A stretch of DNA of 32,000 nt from Mycolicibacterium smegmatis (lineage in GTDB: Bacteria; Actinomycetota; Actinomycetes; Mycobacteriales; Mycobacteriaceae): NCBI RefSeq assembly GCF_001457595.1, contig NZ_LN831039.1:4860001-4892000 (forward strand), written 5' to 3'. Both the position numbers and the translations under genes were made by a program. Positions 1 through 12,600 of this stretch are shown piece by piece. Position 1 is the first letter of the stretch. Every line of letters starts with the position of its first letter. The notes under the pieces were generated by a model that was not told the DNA's origin, searched no databases, and saw nothing but the letters and a program-made list of their open reading frames with translations.

Positions 1-187
1 TCGCGCCCACGCCCGCGAGTGACGCCGTCACCGCGGGCTTCCTGATGAACCCCACGACTGCGGCCCTGATGTCGTCGGCGACCCGTTGCGGGTTGGCACG
101 CTCGGCCAGCGAGTCGACAGTCAACGCCAGCCGATCGCGGGCCTCGTCGATCTCGCGCTTGATGGTCTCCGGATCGCGGTTCGCCAC
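1..187 (-). CDS. DUF3618-family small membrane protein, N-terminal part (runs off window edge)
   Basis: Minus-strand translation from GTG at 187: VANRDPETIKREIDEARDRLALTVDSLAERANPQRVADDIRAAVVGFIRKPAVTASLAGVGA; purine-rich RBS AGGAGC just upstream. Not in the ORF track because partial. Same neighbourhood next to bcp is known in mycobacteria. Confidence 0.8.
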   Translation of the reverse strand, partial: MANRDPETIKREIDEARDRLALTVDSLAERANPQRVADDIRAAVVGFIRKPAVTASLAGVGA

Positions 188-291
188 TGTTTGCTCCTCT
201 AAGCCGGTCCGTGTCGTGGTGCCCTGCCGCACTACCCTAGATCAGCCGGCACCGTTCGATCGGTACCGCCCGACGAGAAGGGATCTTGTGC

Positions 292-765
292 ATGCCGCCA
301 ACACCCCGTCTACAGGCAGGTGACACCGCACCCGCGTTCAGTCTGCCGGATGCCGACGGCAACACTGTCAGTCTCTCCGATTACCGGGGCCGAAAGGTCA
401 TCGTGTACTTCTACCCGGCGGCATCCACCCCGGGGTGCACCAAGCAGGCCTGCGACTTCCGCGACAACCTCGCCGAACTCAACGACGCGGGCCTCGACGT
501 CGTCGGGATCTCCCCCGACAAGCCCGAGAAGTTGGCCAAGTTCCGCGACAAGGAGGGTCTGACCTTCCCGCTGCTGTCCGACCCCGACAGGTCGGTGCTG
601 ACGGCCTGGGGGGCGTACGGAGAAAAGACCATGTACGGCAAGACCGTTCAGGGCGTCATCCGGTCCACGTTCCTGGTCGACGAGGACGGCAAGATCGCCG
701 TCGCGCAGTACAACGTGCGCGCCACCGGCCACGTCGCCAAACTGCGCCGCGACCTGTCGGTCTGA
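292..765 (+). CDS. bcp: Thiol peroxidase / bacterioferritin comigratory protein (PrxQ/Bcp peroxiredoxin)
   Basis: AGDTAPAFSLPDADGNTVSLSDYRGRKVIVYFYPAASTPGCTKQACDFRDN; peroxidatic Cys in TPGCT with second Cys five residues on. ORF may start at TTG 286; ATG 292 preferred. Confidence 0.93.
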   Translation: MPPTPRLQAGDTAPAFSLPDADGNTVSLSDYRGRKVIVYFYPAASTPGCTKQACDFRDNLAELNDAGLDVVGISPDKPEKLAKFRDKEGLTFPLLSDPDRSVLTAWGAYGEKTMYGKTVQGVIRSTFLVDEDGKIAVAQYNVRATGHVAKLRRDLSV

Positions 766-776
766 CCGCGTGACCT

Positions 777-1784
777 TCAGGTCTGTGTGAACAGCAGGAA
801 GGTCAGGTACGCCAGGTAGGCCACCACCATCGCGCCGCCCTCGGCGCGATGGACGCGGCGCCCCGAGAAGAAGACCGGGATCAGCAACAGGGTCGCGACG
901 ACCATGACGGGGATGTCGATCCACACCAGGCTCGAGTTGAGCGGCAACCCGTCCGCAGGCACCAGGCACGTGGCGCCCAGGATCAGCACGATGTTGTAGA
1001 CGCTGCTGCCCAACAGGTTTCCGATCGCGATGTCGCGCTCGCCGCGCACCGTGGAGACGATCGTCGTCACCAGTTCGGGAGCCGACGTGCCGATCGCGAC
1101 GATCGTGAGCCCGATCAGCGCGTCGGAGACCCCGAATTCGCGTGCGATACCCACAGCCCCCTCGACGAGCCAATCGGCCCCGACGACCACGACGGTGATA
1201 CCGACGATCGTCATCGCGAAATACCGTACGAGGCTTCCCGTGTCGGGCATGTCGGGTTCACGCTCTGCGGCGCCGTCGTCGCCTGCCGGCTCACCTCGGT
1301 ACGCGTACGCGTACTCGTCGACGACGTCCCGGCTCTCGACCCGCGCCGAGCGCACCACCACCACGGTGTACGCGACCGCGGCACACAGCAGGATCACGCC
1401 GTCGACGCGCGACAGCGTCCCGTCGATGCACAGCACCCAGAACAGCACCGCTGCCACTGCCATCACGGGCAGATCGAGACGCAACGTGCGCCGCTGAATC
1501 GCCAAGGGCCGCAACAGTGCACTGAGCCCGAGGATGAACAGCAGGTTCACGGTGTTGGTGCCCGCGATGTTGCCGACCGCGAGCGCACCGCTACCCTCGG
1601 TGGCCGCCGTCACGCCCACGGCCAGTTCGGGCAGACTCGTCCCGATAGACACCACCGTCATACCGACGACGATGGGGCTGATACCCATTCGCGACGCCAT
1701 CTGGGCACCACCGCGAACCATCACCTCTGACCCGAACGCCAGGGCGAGCAGGCCCGCCACGAACCAGGCAGCGCTGCCCAGCAC
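777..1784 (-). CDS. Calcium/sodium antiporter-type cation exchanger (YrbG/CaCA family)
   Basis: Two alpha repeats: GTSLPELAVGVTAATEGSGALAVGNIAGTNTVNLLFILG and GTSAPELVTTIVSTVRGERDIAIGNLLGSSVYNIVLILG; multiple TM helices. Confidence 0.9.
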   Translation of the reverse strand: MLGSAAWFVAGLLALAFGSEVMVRGGAQMASRMGISPIVVGMTVVSIGTSLPELAVGVTAATEGSGALAVGNIAGTNTVNLLFILGLSALLRPLAIQRRTLRLDLPVMAVAAVLFWVLCIDGTLSRVDGVILLCAAVAYTVVVVRSARVESRDVVDEYAYAYRGEPAGDDGAAEREPDMPDTGSLVRYFAMTIVGITVVVVGADWLVEGAVGIAREFGVSDALIGLTIVAIGTSAPELVTTIVSTVRGERDIAIGNLLGSSVYNIVLILGATCLVPADGLPLNSSLVWIDIPVMVVATLLLIPVFFSGRRVHRAEGGAMVVAYLAYLTFLLFTQT

Positions 1785-1790
1785 GGTCCG

Positions 1791-3119
1791 TCAGCGGCCG
1801 AGCGCGTCGAGCAGCAACGCCTCCGCGGTCGCGGCCTTCTCGAACACCCCGAGGTGCAGGCTCTCGTTGATGCTGTGGGCTTGTGTGCCCGGATCTTCCA
1901 CACCGGTCACCAGGATCGTCGCGTCCGGGAACGCCGCGGCGAACTCCGCGATGAACGGGATCGACCCGCCCATCCCCATGTCCACGGGTTCGTGGCCCCA
2001 GGCCTTGCCGAACGCCGCGCGGGCGGCGTCGTACACCGGCCCGCTCGCGTCGATGGCGTAGGGCTGCCCGATGTCACCGGGTGTGACCGTGACCTTCGCG
2101 CCCCACGGCGTGTTCGCCTCGAGGTGACGCGTCAGGGCCTCCAGATGCGCGCGGGCATCGCCGCCGGGGGCCACGCGCATGCTGATCTTGGCGCGCGCCC
2201 GCGGGATGAGGGTGTTCGACGACTTGCCGATGGGCGTGGTGTCGATCCCGATGACGGTCACGGCGGGCTTGGCCCACATGCGTTGCACCACTGAGCCCGA
2301 ACCGATCTCGGACACGCCGTCGAGCAGACCGGATTCCTGCCTGACCCAGTCCACGCCGCGGTCGACGTCGGCCGCGGTGGCCTCGTGCAGACCTTCCACC
2401 GCGACGTTGCCCTCGTCGTCGTGCAGGCTCGCCAGCAGCCGTACCAACACGCTCAGCGCATCGGGAACCACGCCACCCCACAGGCCGGAATGCAGGCCGT
2501 GGTCGAGCGTGGCCACCTCCACCACGCAGTCCGCCAGACCGCGCAGCGACACCGTGAGCGCGGGTTGTTCGGTGCTCCAGTTGTCGGAGTCGGCGATGAT
2601 GATGACATCGGCGGCCAGCGCGTCGCGGTGCGCCGCGAGCAGCGCGCCCAGCGACGGTGAACCGGACTCCTCCTCGCCTTCGACGAACACCGTCACGCCG
2701 ACCGGCGGCTTGCCGTCGAAGGCGCGCACCGCCGCGAGATGCGTTGCGATGCCTGCCTTGTCGTCGGCGGTGCCCCTGCCGTAGAGCCGGCCGTCACGTT
2801 CGGTCGGCTCGAACGGCGGTGAATCCCATTGCGCCGGGTCACCTTCCGGCTGCACGTCGTGGTGGGCGTACAGCAGCACCGTCGGCGCCCCTGGCGGCGC
2901 GGGGTGGTGCGCGATGACCGCGGGCGCGCCGCCCTCGCTCACGATGCGGACGTCGCCGAACCCGGCATCGGTCAGCAGCTTCGCGACCGCCTCGGCGCTG
3001 CGTGTCACCTCGCCGCGGCGGGCCGGATCGGCCCACACCGATTGGATGCGGACCAGATCCTCAAGATCCGCCCGCACCGAAGGCAACACCTGCTTGACCC
3101 GCGCGACCACATCACTCAT
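1791..3119 (-). CDS. M20-family metallopeptidase / dipeptidase
   Basis: Metal-binding motifs YAHHDVQPEG, GRGTADDKAG, EGEEESGS; full-length 442 aa. Confidence 0.9.
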   Translation of the reverse strand: MSDVVARVKQVLPSVRADLEDLVRIQSVWADPARRGEVTRSAEAVAKLLTDAGFGDVRIVSEGGAPAVIAHHPAPPGAPTVLLYAHHDVQPEGDPAQWDSPPFEPTERDGRLYGRGTADDKAGIATHLAAVRAFDGKPPVGVTVFVEGEEESGSPSLGALLAAHRDALAADVIIIADSDNWSTEQPALTVSLRGLADCVVEVATLDHGLHSGLWGGVVPDALSVLVRLLASLHDDEGNVAVEGLHEATAADVDRGVDWVRQESGLLDGVSEIGSGSVVQRMWAKPAVTVIGIDTTPIGKSSNTLIPRARAKISMRVAPGGDARAHLEALTRHLEANTPWGAKVTVTPGDIGQPYAIDASGPVYDAARAAFGKAWGHEPVDMGMGGSIPFIAEFAAAFPDATILVTGVEDPGTQAHSINESLHLGVFEKAATAEALLLDALGR

Positions 3120-3154
3120 ACCGGTGAGCCTAGTGGCGAGGTGGCGGAGTGCGC

Positions 3155-3547
3155 CTAGGGCTCTTCGATGATCGCGACCGCGGCGGCGGTCTGATCCTCG
3201 TGCGTGAGCGACACGTGGATGGTCACGTCCTCCAGGTGTTTGGCGATCTCACCGGACAACCGCACCTTCGGACGGCCCCACATGTCGGTCACCACCTCGA
3301 TGTCGCGGTGGATCCCTTCCGGCAGGGCGGGCCGCTTGGAGAACCGAGAGCTCGACCAGGCCTTGATCACGGCTTCCTTGGCGGCCCACCGGGCCGCCAG
3401 GTGCCGGGCCGCCGACGAACTCTTGTCCGCGGCGTCCCGGCGCTCACCTGGCGTGAACGTCTCGGCGAACACGGTGCCCGGCCGGTCGACCTGCTCGGCG
3501 AAATCCGGGATGGACACCAGATCGATACCGACTCCGACTATCGCCAT
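3155..3547 (-). CDS. acpS: Holo-[acyl-carrier-protein] synthase AcpS
   Basis: MAIVGVGIDLVSIPDF, FTPGE, RHLAARWAAKEAVIKAW; directly downstream of fas in the same orientation, as in other mycobacteria. Confidence 0.95.
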   Translation of the reverse strand: MAIVGVGIDLVSIPDFAEQVDRPGTVFAETFTPGERRDAADKSSSAARHLAARWAAKEAVIKAWSSSRFSKRPALPEGIHRDIEVVTDMWGRPKVRLSGEIAKHLEDVTIHVSLTHEDQTAAAVAIIEEP

Positions 3548-3604
3548 AGAAGCGAACCTAGTCGACGGTGTCCTCGCCGAGTCACTCCACTCCCTTCGAC
3601 ACGA

Positions 3605-6600
3605 TCACAGGACGTACTGATCGTTCTCGCCGAGGCGCGCGTCCGTGCTGAGCAGCATGGCCGCCTCCTGGCGCTTCTCGGGCACGTCGTGGTCGAACCG
3701 GCGGTCGGCAGGCTTCTCGTACATCGGCCGCCCACCGGCGATCGCGCTGACCAGCCGTCGCTGACCGGCGAGCATGCGCTGCTCGGCCCGCGTGCGGTAG
3801 TCCTCGCGCTCGGACGGATCCAGCGCGGCGATGAACGCCTCGGGATGCACCAGCGCCACCAGACCCGACACGTGCCCGAACCCGAGGCTGGTCACCAGAC
3901 CGGCCTTGAGCGGGAACTTGCCGCGCAGGTCCAGGGGCTCACGCACCCACACGAAGTGGCCCGAGGTGGCCAGCTCGTCGTCGACGCAATCCAGGCTGCG
4001 GTTCGGCGGGATGACCCCGTCGCGCAGGATCTGGCACAGGCCCATCATCTGGAACACCGCGGCGCCGCCCTTCGCGTGACCGGTCAGTGTCTTCTGGCTG
4101 ACGACGAACAGCGGGTTACCCGGCGCCCGGCCCATCGAGTCCGCGATCCGCTCGTGCAGCTCGGTCTCGTTGGGGTCGTTGGCCAGCGTCGAGGTGTCGT
4201 GCTTGGAGATCACCGCGATGTCGTCGGCACCGACGCCCAGCTGGGCCAGCGACCGTGCCAGCGTCGACTCCCTGCCGCCGCGGGCGGCGCCCAGGGCACC
4301 GAGTCCCGGAGCCGGGATGGACGTGTGCACACCGTCGGCGAAGCTCTGCGCGTAACCGACGACCGCGAGCACCGGCAGACCCATCTTGAGCGCGAGATCA
4401 CCGCGGGCCAGCAGGATGGTGCCACCACCCTGGGCCTCGAGGAACCCGAGCCTGCGACGGTCGTTGGCGCGCGAGAACTTCGAGTCGCTGATGCCCTTGG
4501 CCCGCATCATCTCGGTGTCGGCCGTGGCGGCCATGTCACCGAATCCGATGATGGCCTCCAGCGTCAGATCGTCGAAGCCGCCGGCGATGACCAGGTCGGC
4601 CTTGCCGAGCTTGATCTTGTCGACGCCCTCTTCCACCGAGACCGCTGCCGTGGCGCACGCACCCACCGGGTGGACCATCGCGCCGTAACCGCCCACATAC
4701 GACTGCATGACATGTGCGGCAACGACGTTCGGCAGGACCTCCTGCAGGATGTCGTTCGGCTTGGCCCGGCCCAGCAGGTTGCCGTGGTACATGGTCTGCA
4801 TCGAGGTCATGCCGCCCATGCCGGTGCCCTGCGTGGACGCCACCTGGCTGGGGTGCACCCAGCGCATCAGCTCGGTCGGTGTGAAGCCGGACGACAGGAA
4901 CGCGTCGACGGTCGCGACGATGTTCCACAGCGCCACACGGTCGATCGAGCTCGCCATGTCCGGGCTGATGCCCCAGACCGTGGGGTCGAAGCCCGTCGGG
5001 ATCTGCGCACCCACGGTCCGCGACAGCTTGGTCTTGCGCGGCACGCGGATCTCGGTGCCCGCCTTGCGGGTCACCTCCCAGTCGGACGAATCCGGCAGCG
5101 GGCGGGCCACGGTGTGCTCGGGGTCGAACTGCACGAACGCACGCGCATCGGCCTCGCTGGACACCACGAACGTGAAGTCCTTGTCCAGGAACACACTCAC
5201 CAGCAGCGGCGACGCGTGATCGGGGTCGATCGCGCCGTCGTCGACGAACTCGCGGATACCGCAGCGCTCCACGACCGCGTCGTGATAGCGCTCCACGATC
5301 TCGCACTCGGGCACCAGTTCACCGGTCTCGGTGTCGTACCAGCCGGCCTTGGGATCGTCCTCCCACTTGACCATGCCGGTCGTCCACGCGAGTTCGAGCA
5401 CGCCGGCCGCCGACAACTCGCCGGAGACCTCCATCTCGAAGCGCGTGCGCGACGAACCGTACGGGCCGAGTTCGGCACCACCGACGATGACGACCAGATC
5501 GGCCGGGTCGACGTCGAGGTCGTCCCATTCCGGAGCCGGCGCCGGGTTGTAGCCCCGCGGCGGCGACGGCAACGCGCGGATGGTTCCCGCGGGCGCCTCG
5601 TCGTCGGATTCGTCTGCCGCACCGGACATCTCCTCGCGGGCCTTGGCAGCCAGCTCGGCCATGTCGATCTTGATGTCGCCCAGACCGCCGGTCAGGTCGA
5701 CCTTCACCGGCGCACCCGCCGCGGCCACCTTGGTCTCCACCGTGCAGAGATCCAGCAGCATCGCCGCCATCTCGTCGGTGGTGTAGGTGGTCACGCCTGC
5801 CTCTTCGACCGCGCTGACGATGGCGTCGTTCTGGCCCATCAGGCCGGTGCCCTTGGTCCAGCCGATCAGCGCATGCGCCAGGCTGACCCGCTCGGCCCAC
5901 GACTTCTCGGCGCTCCAGCGGTTCTCCAGCGCGTCGAGTGCCGATTTGGCCTCGCCGTACGCGCCGTCGCCACCGAACATGCCGCGGTTCGGCGAACCCG
6001 GCAGCACGACGTGCAGACGCGACGCGATGTCACGCTCGGCGCCGATCTTCGACAGCCCGCTGATGAGCCGCTGCACGGCCCACAACAGCACCTTCATCTC
6101 CATCTCGGCGCGCGAGCCGACCTCGGACATGTCCCCGGCCACACGCGGTGCGGCGAACGGGAACAGCAGCGTCGGGGTCTGCGCATCCTTGAGGTGGATC
6201 GACTGCGGCCCAAGGCTTTCGGTCTGCTCGGTACCGACCCACTCCACGAGCTTGTCGATATCGCTGTAGGAGGCCATGTTCGCCGGGACCACCCACAGGG
6301 TGGCGTCGAACCGGGCGTGGTCGCGGTAGAGCTGCTTGTAGAACGCGAGCCGGTCGTCGTCCAGACGCGAGGTCGTGGCGATGACCGTGGCGCCGCCGTC
6401 GAGCAGCTGCCCGACGACCGATGCCGCGATCGAGCCCTTCGACGCGCCGGTGACCACAGCGACCTCGTCGCTGTAGCGGCCCTTGCCCGGGTTCTCCGCA
6501 CCGGCGGCGATCCGGCCGAACAGCGACGCGTGGACGTTGCGGCCCGCGGCAAGCGCCTTGCCCTGCCACCAGTTCGCCTGTGTCGCAACCACATGGCCCG

Positions 6601-9600
6601 TGCCCTCGAAGCGCTGCGAGAGCTGCTCCCACTGCGCGTCGATGTCGCCTTCTTCGGCCAGCCAGAGCTTGACCAGGTCCTCGCGGGCGCTGGCCCACCG
6701 GTCGTCGAACACCACGGCCTTGCGGGCGTCGAACGTCGGAGCCACCAGACGCGGCCAGTCCGAACCGAGTTCGGCGGTGACCAGGTCGATCAGCTCGGCG
6801 TCGGTGGCCGCCTCCGGGGTGGTGACGACGTCGGAAAGACCCAGCTGGTTGAGCACCAGGCGCGCGGCCGAGGCCAGCACACCGTCGGGACCGGTGACCT
6901 TCTCGGCGAACTCGCCGAGTGCCGCGGAGTCCACGACACCACCCGAGGCGCCACCCGCCGACGGCAGCGAGACCGAAATCCCGCGCCGCGCAGCGACTGC
7001 CGCGACAGCGCCGTCGATGACCTTGTCGACGTCGGCCGCCGACGCCAGAGCACCGGCGTGCAGACCACCCAGGTCGCCACCGCGCACGCTGCTGCCCTCA
7101 CGCGTGCCGAGCGCGAACTCGACGGTCACGTGCTTGGCCCAGCCCGGCCCCAGCTCCCAGGTCTTGGTGACGCGCTCGGTGATGTACGCCGGACGTTTGC
7201 CCGACGGTCCGAGCACGGTACGCAACTGGTCGTTGATCGCGTCCGAGAGCACCGGGCCGAACGGCTTGTAGGTGCGGGCGAGCTTGGTCACCTGCCCCTT
7301 GAGCGCACCCAGATCCGCTTCTGCCGCACCGTCGATCGCGCCGAGGTTCAGCTCGGAACCGAGGTCGACCAGCAGCTGGTTACGCCGCGAGGACGCGCCG
7401 TCGGTGATCGACTCGATGGAGTCGAGCGCCTCGATCTGGTCGATGCGCATCTTGGCGCTCAGCGCGATCAGCGCCACTGTCGCGTCCGCGGCATCGAACG
7501 TGATGTCGTCGGGGCGGGGTCCGCCGGACGGCGCCGCGGGCGCGGCGACCGGAGCCGGGGCCGCCGCAGCAGCAGGCGCCGCCTCGGCGGGCGCATCTGC
7601 CGTGGGCTCGTCGGCCTCGGGCTCGGGTTCCGGATCGGTGTCGGTGGCGAACAGCACCGCGGCGTCACGCTCGGAGTTGAGCACCTCGACGGTGCTGTGC
7701 GAGTACTCCGGGAGCTTGAGCGTGTTGGTCGCCAGGCCGGCCACGGTCGGGGCCGACTTCACGCCGATCTCGACGAACCGCTCGACACCGAGACCGCCTG
7801 CGGCCTCCTCGATGAACAGCAGGTCCTGCGTCTCGATCCAGCGCACCGGGCTGGCGAACTGCCATGCCAGAAGCTCGATGACGACCTTGCGGCACAGTTC
7901 CTTCGGCTTCTCGTTGCGCCACGTGTCGTAGTCGGCGAGCACCTCGTCGAGCGGCTCGGCGGGCACCAGGTCCCGGATCTCCTGGATGAAATCGCGGTCC
8001 AGGGTGAACGGCCGGGGCACCAGGTTCGGGATGTAGCGCCCGATGATCAGCTCGGGATCCTTGTCGCGCGGCATGACGCGCTCCAGGCTGCGCCGGAAGT
8101 CGGCCACGCCGACCCGCAGCACGCTCGAGTGGAACGGCACGTCGATGCCGGGCACCAGGATGAACGACCGCTTGCCGCCGGTGATCTGGCGACGACGCTC
8201 GATCTCCTCCTCCAGCGCCTCCAGGCCTGCGACCGTGCCCGCGATGGCGTACTGCGAGCCGCGCAGGTTGAAGTTCACGATCTCCAGGAACTCACCCGTG
8301 CGCTCGGAGATCTCGGCGACGAAGTCCTTGACGTCGGCGTCGTCGAGGTCGATCTGGCTGGGCCGGATCGCGGCCAGGCGGTAGTTCGACCGGCCCAGTT
8401 CGTCACGCGGCACGATGTCGTGCATCTTGCTGCCGCGGTGGAACACGACCTCAAGCAGTGCCTCCAGCTCGTACACGCCGGACACGCATGCCAGCGCGGT
8501 GTACTCACCGACGGAGTGACCGCACGCGATCGCGCCCTCGACGAACGCACCCTGCTCACGCATCTCGGCGACCTGCGCGGCCGCGACGGTCGCCATGGCG
8601 ACCTGGGTGAACTGCGTCAGGAACAGCACGCCGTCGGGGTGGTGGTAGTGCACGCCCGAGGCGATCAGGCTGGTGGGGTTGTCGCGCACGACGTGCAGCA
8701 CCGAGAACCCGAGGGTCTCGCGGGTGAACTTGTCGGCCGAGTCCCACACCTTGCGGGCGGCCTTCGAGCGGGCACGGACCTCCATGCCCATGCCCTTGTG
8801 CTGGATGCCCTGGCCGGGGAACGCGTAGACGGTCTTCGGGGCCGCCAGGCGTGCGGTCGCCGCCATCACCAGCTCCGAGCCGATGCGTGCGGAGACCTCC
8901 AGAACCTCTGCGCCGACGTCGATTCCGACGCGGTCGACGCGGAAGTCGACCTGGTCGCCCGGCTTGACCATGCCCAGGAAGCGCGCGGTCCAGCCGATGA
9001 GCTTGGCCGGCGGGACGGGCTTGCCGTCGGTGGCGGTGACGACGTGCTGGGCCGCGGCCGAAAGCCACATGCCGTGCACGATCGGGCCTTCCAGCCCGGC
9101 CAGCAGCGCTGCGGCGCGGTCGGTGTGGATCGGGTTGTGGTCACCCGAGACCACGGCGAACGGACGCATGTCGACGGGGGCGCCCACGGTGACGTCGCGA
9201 CGGCGGCGGCGCGGGGTGTCGGTGGCGTTGTCGGAGATCGCACCACCGGCGCGCACCGGGTCGGTCAGTTCGGCCGCACCGGTGCGGCCGCGGATCGCGA
9301 ACCGCTCCTCCAGCGTGGCCAGCAGCGCGCCGTCGGCGGCGTTGCGCACCTCGACCGAGACCGGGACCACGCGGCCCACCTCGGTGTCGGTCGCCGCGGA
9401 AGCCTTTGCGGTGACGGTGAATTCGGCCGGCTCCTTGGGCAGCTCGGCCAGCAGACGTGCGGCGTGGTCGAGGTGCACGAGGCTCAGCAGACCCTCGATG
9501 ACGGGGAATCCGGCGTCGGTGGCCGCCGAACCGATCGCGGCGAACACCGCGGGCCAGCAGCGGCCGACGAGGGCGTCGGGCACGACGGTGAGCGTCGGGG

Positions 9601-12600
9601 CCAGCGGGGCGCCGAACGTCGCGGTGACACCCGTGTGGTCGGCGACGCGCTCGGGATCCCAGTCGACGGTCACGGTCGCGGTGTTGTCGACGACCTTCGG
9701 CAGGTTCTCCGGTCCCTCGACACCGGCCGCGATCGCGAGCACGGCGCGCATGGCGGTCGCGGCGTCGTCGACCTCGACGATGGGCGCGCCACCGCTGCGG
9801 ACCACGTCGGTCAGCGTGAAGCGGATCTCGATCCAGGTGCCGGACAACGGAACCGACAACACGACGTGCTGATCGTCGGCGACCTCAAGGCGTGCGCCCG
9901 TGGACGGGTGCGACGCGGAGCGGTTGTCCGAACCTTCCCGCACCTGCCACTCCGTGGGCGCGGCGATGCGGTGCACGGGGTTGACCGACATGCGGCCGGC
10001 CCACAGTACGTCGGGGGCGTCGAGCACGACGGCCAGCGGACCGCTCGCGTCGCGACGGGCCTGACGGCGCGAGAGCACCTCGACGGGCTCGGCGCCCGCG
10101 CCGAGCACCTCGTCGACCGCGGCCTGCTCGAAGCGGTCCAGCAGTTCACCGACGGGCTCGTCGACGCGGGTGATGCCCGCGACGGCCGCGGTGCCCGGGA
10201 TGACGCAGACCTGATCGGCCTCGTAGCGGGCGTCGTGCGCCTGCCACAGCGAGTCACTGCGCCACCAGCGGCGCACGTCCTTGTCGATGACCGGGACGAA
10301 GTTGACGGGCTTGCCGAGCGTCTTGCACAGCTCGACGAAGAACGGCACGTCGGCCGGGTGCAGGACGACGGTCTCGGCGTCCGGGTAGCGCTGCAGCAGC
10401 GCGGTGATGGCGGCCTCGGGGTCCTCCAGCAAACGCTCGCCGTCGGCATCGGCGTCGAACAGCGTCTCGATGGGCCCGAAGTCCTGCGGGTGCAGACGCG
10501 CCTCGGCACGCTTGAGCATCTGCTCGAAGCGGTCGCGCCAGGTGATGTCGAGCCACGGCGAATCCGGGCGCTTGGTGTCGGCGGTGCTGTTGCCGTCGCC
10601 GATCGCGAGTTCGACGTAGCGGCGCAGCCACTGCAGGTAGGTCATCTCGGCGACGTCACCGAAGTACGGCTTGGCGGTCTGCGCCATCGCGGCGATGATC
10701 TCGTCGCGGCGCTCGGCGACCGCGTCGGCGTCACCGGCGACCTCGTCGAGCAGACGCCCGCAGCGTGAGGCGGCGTTGTCGATCTCGTGGATGTCGGCGC
10801 CGAGCTGGCTGCGACCTGAGGCCATGCCGTTGGCGGCCTTGCCCGCACCCACCCACGCTTCGGTGCCCTTGGTCTCCACCAGCAGCTGCTTGACCTGCGG
10901 GCTGGTGGTCGCCTCCAGCGTCGCCATCGCGGCGGTGCCGACCAGGATGCCGTCGATCGGCATGAGCGGGTAGCCGTGCACCTCGGCCCAGCGGCCCGAC
11001 AGGTACTCGGCCGAACGCTCGGGCGTGCCGATGCCGCCGCCGACGCAGATCGTGATGTTGGAACGCGACCGCAGCTCGGAGTAGGTGGCCAGCAGCAGGT
11101 CGTCGAGGTCCTCCCATGAGTGGTGGCCACCGGCGCGGCCGCCCTCGATGTGCACGATCACCGGCTTGGTGGGGACCTCGGCGGCGATGCGGATGACCGA
11201 ACGGATCTGCTCGACCGTGCCCGGTTTGAACACGACGTGGCTGATGCCGACCTCGTTGAGTTCGTCGATGATGTCGACGGCCTCTTCGAGGTCCGGGATG
11301 CCCGCGCTGACGACGAGGCCGTCGATCGGGGCGCCGGACTGCCGGGCCCGCTGCACGAGGCGCTTGCCGCCGACCTGCAGCTTCCACAGGTAGGGGTCGA
11401 GGAACAGCGTGTTGAACTGGATCGCGCGGCCGGGCTCCAGCAGGGTCTCGAGCTCGGCGATGCGGTCGTTGAAGATCTGCTCGGTGACCTGCCCGCCGCC
11501 TGCGAGCTCGGCCCAGTGGCCTGCGTTGGCGGCCGCGGCGACGATCTTGGCGTCGACGGTCGTGGGCGTCATGCCCGCGAGCAGGATCGGGGAACGCCCG
11601 GTGAGCCGGGTGAACTTGGTCTCGAGCTTGACCGAGCCGTCGGGCAGCTTCACCACGGTCGGGGCGTAGCTGGACCACGGGCGGGCCACCTCGGGCACCG
11701 CGCCGACGGTGAACAGGTTGCGCTGGCCGCCGCGGGTGGCCGCCGGGACGATGCCGATGCCGAGGCCGCGGATGACGGGCGCGGTCAGCCGCGTCAGGAT
11801 GTCGCCGGGGCCCAGGTCGAGGATCCAGCGCGCGCCTGCCTCGTGCAGTTCGGTGATCTCGTCGACCCAGTCGACCTGGCGGACCAGGATGGATTCGGTG
11901 AGCTCCTTGGCGAGCTCGACGTCGAGGCCCACGGTCTCGGCCCAGCGGCCGACGATCTCGATGCCGTCGGACAGGCGCGGGGTGTGGAAGCCGACCTCGA
12001 CCTGCACGGGGTCGAAGACGGGAGCGAAGACCGCGCCACCGCGCAGCTTGTTCTTGCGCTCGGCCTCTTCCTTCTCGGCGATCTGGGTGCAGTACAGCTC
12101 GAAGCGCGACAGCTGCTCGGGGGTTCCGGTGATGACGACCGAGCGGCGTCCGTTGCGGATGGACAGCACGGGGGGCAGCACGGTGCGCACGTCGGAGGAG
12201 AACTCCTCGAGCAGCTCGTAGATGCGCTCGGGGTCGGCGTTGGTGACCGACACCATCGGCGGGCGGTCCCCCAGCACGGTGATGCCGCGGCGACGCGCGA
12301 CGAGGGTGCCCGCGGCACCGATCAGCTGCGCCAGGGCCAGCAGCTCGACGTCCTTGGCGCCCTTGGCGGCCAGCGCCTGCACCGCCAGCACACCCTGAGA
12401 GTGGCCTGCGACGGCGACCGGCGGGGTGGCGGTCAGATCCATGCCCTGACGCGCCAGCGCGCGTACCGCGGCGATCTGGGTGAGCAGGACACCCGGCACC
12501 GACACGGCGGCGGACGTCAACTGCTTGTCGGAGGGCACGGGCTCTTCGGCGGCCAGTGCACGCACCCACTGCAGGGGCTCGAAGCCGATCGGGCGGACGA

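Noticed and set aside
849-1730. 293-aa plus-strand ORF over the cation antiporter gene
   Set aside because: His/Arg/Asp-rich antisense shadow; the opposite strand has clear alpha-repeat motifs.
3149-10768. 2539-aa plus-strand ORF antisense to fas
   Set aside because: It is a high-GC shadow ORF over the FAS I gene, His/Arg/Asp-rich with no recognisable domain; the minus-strand fas is unambiguous.
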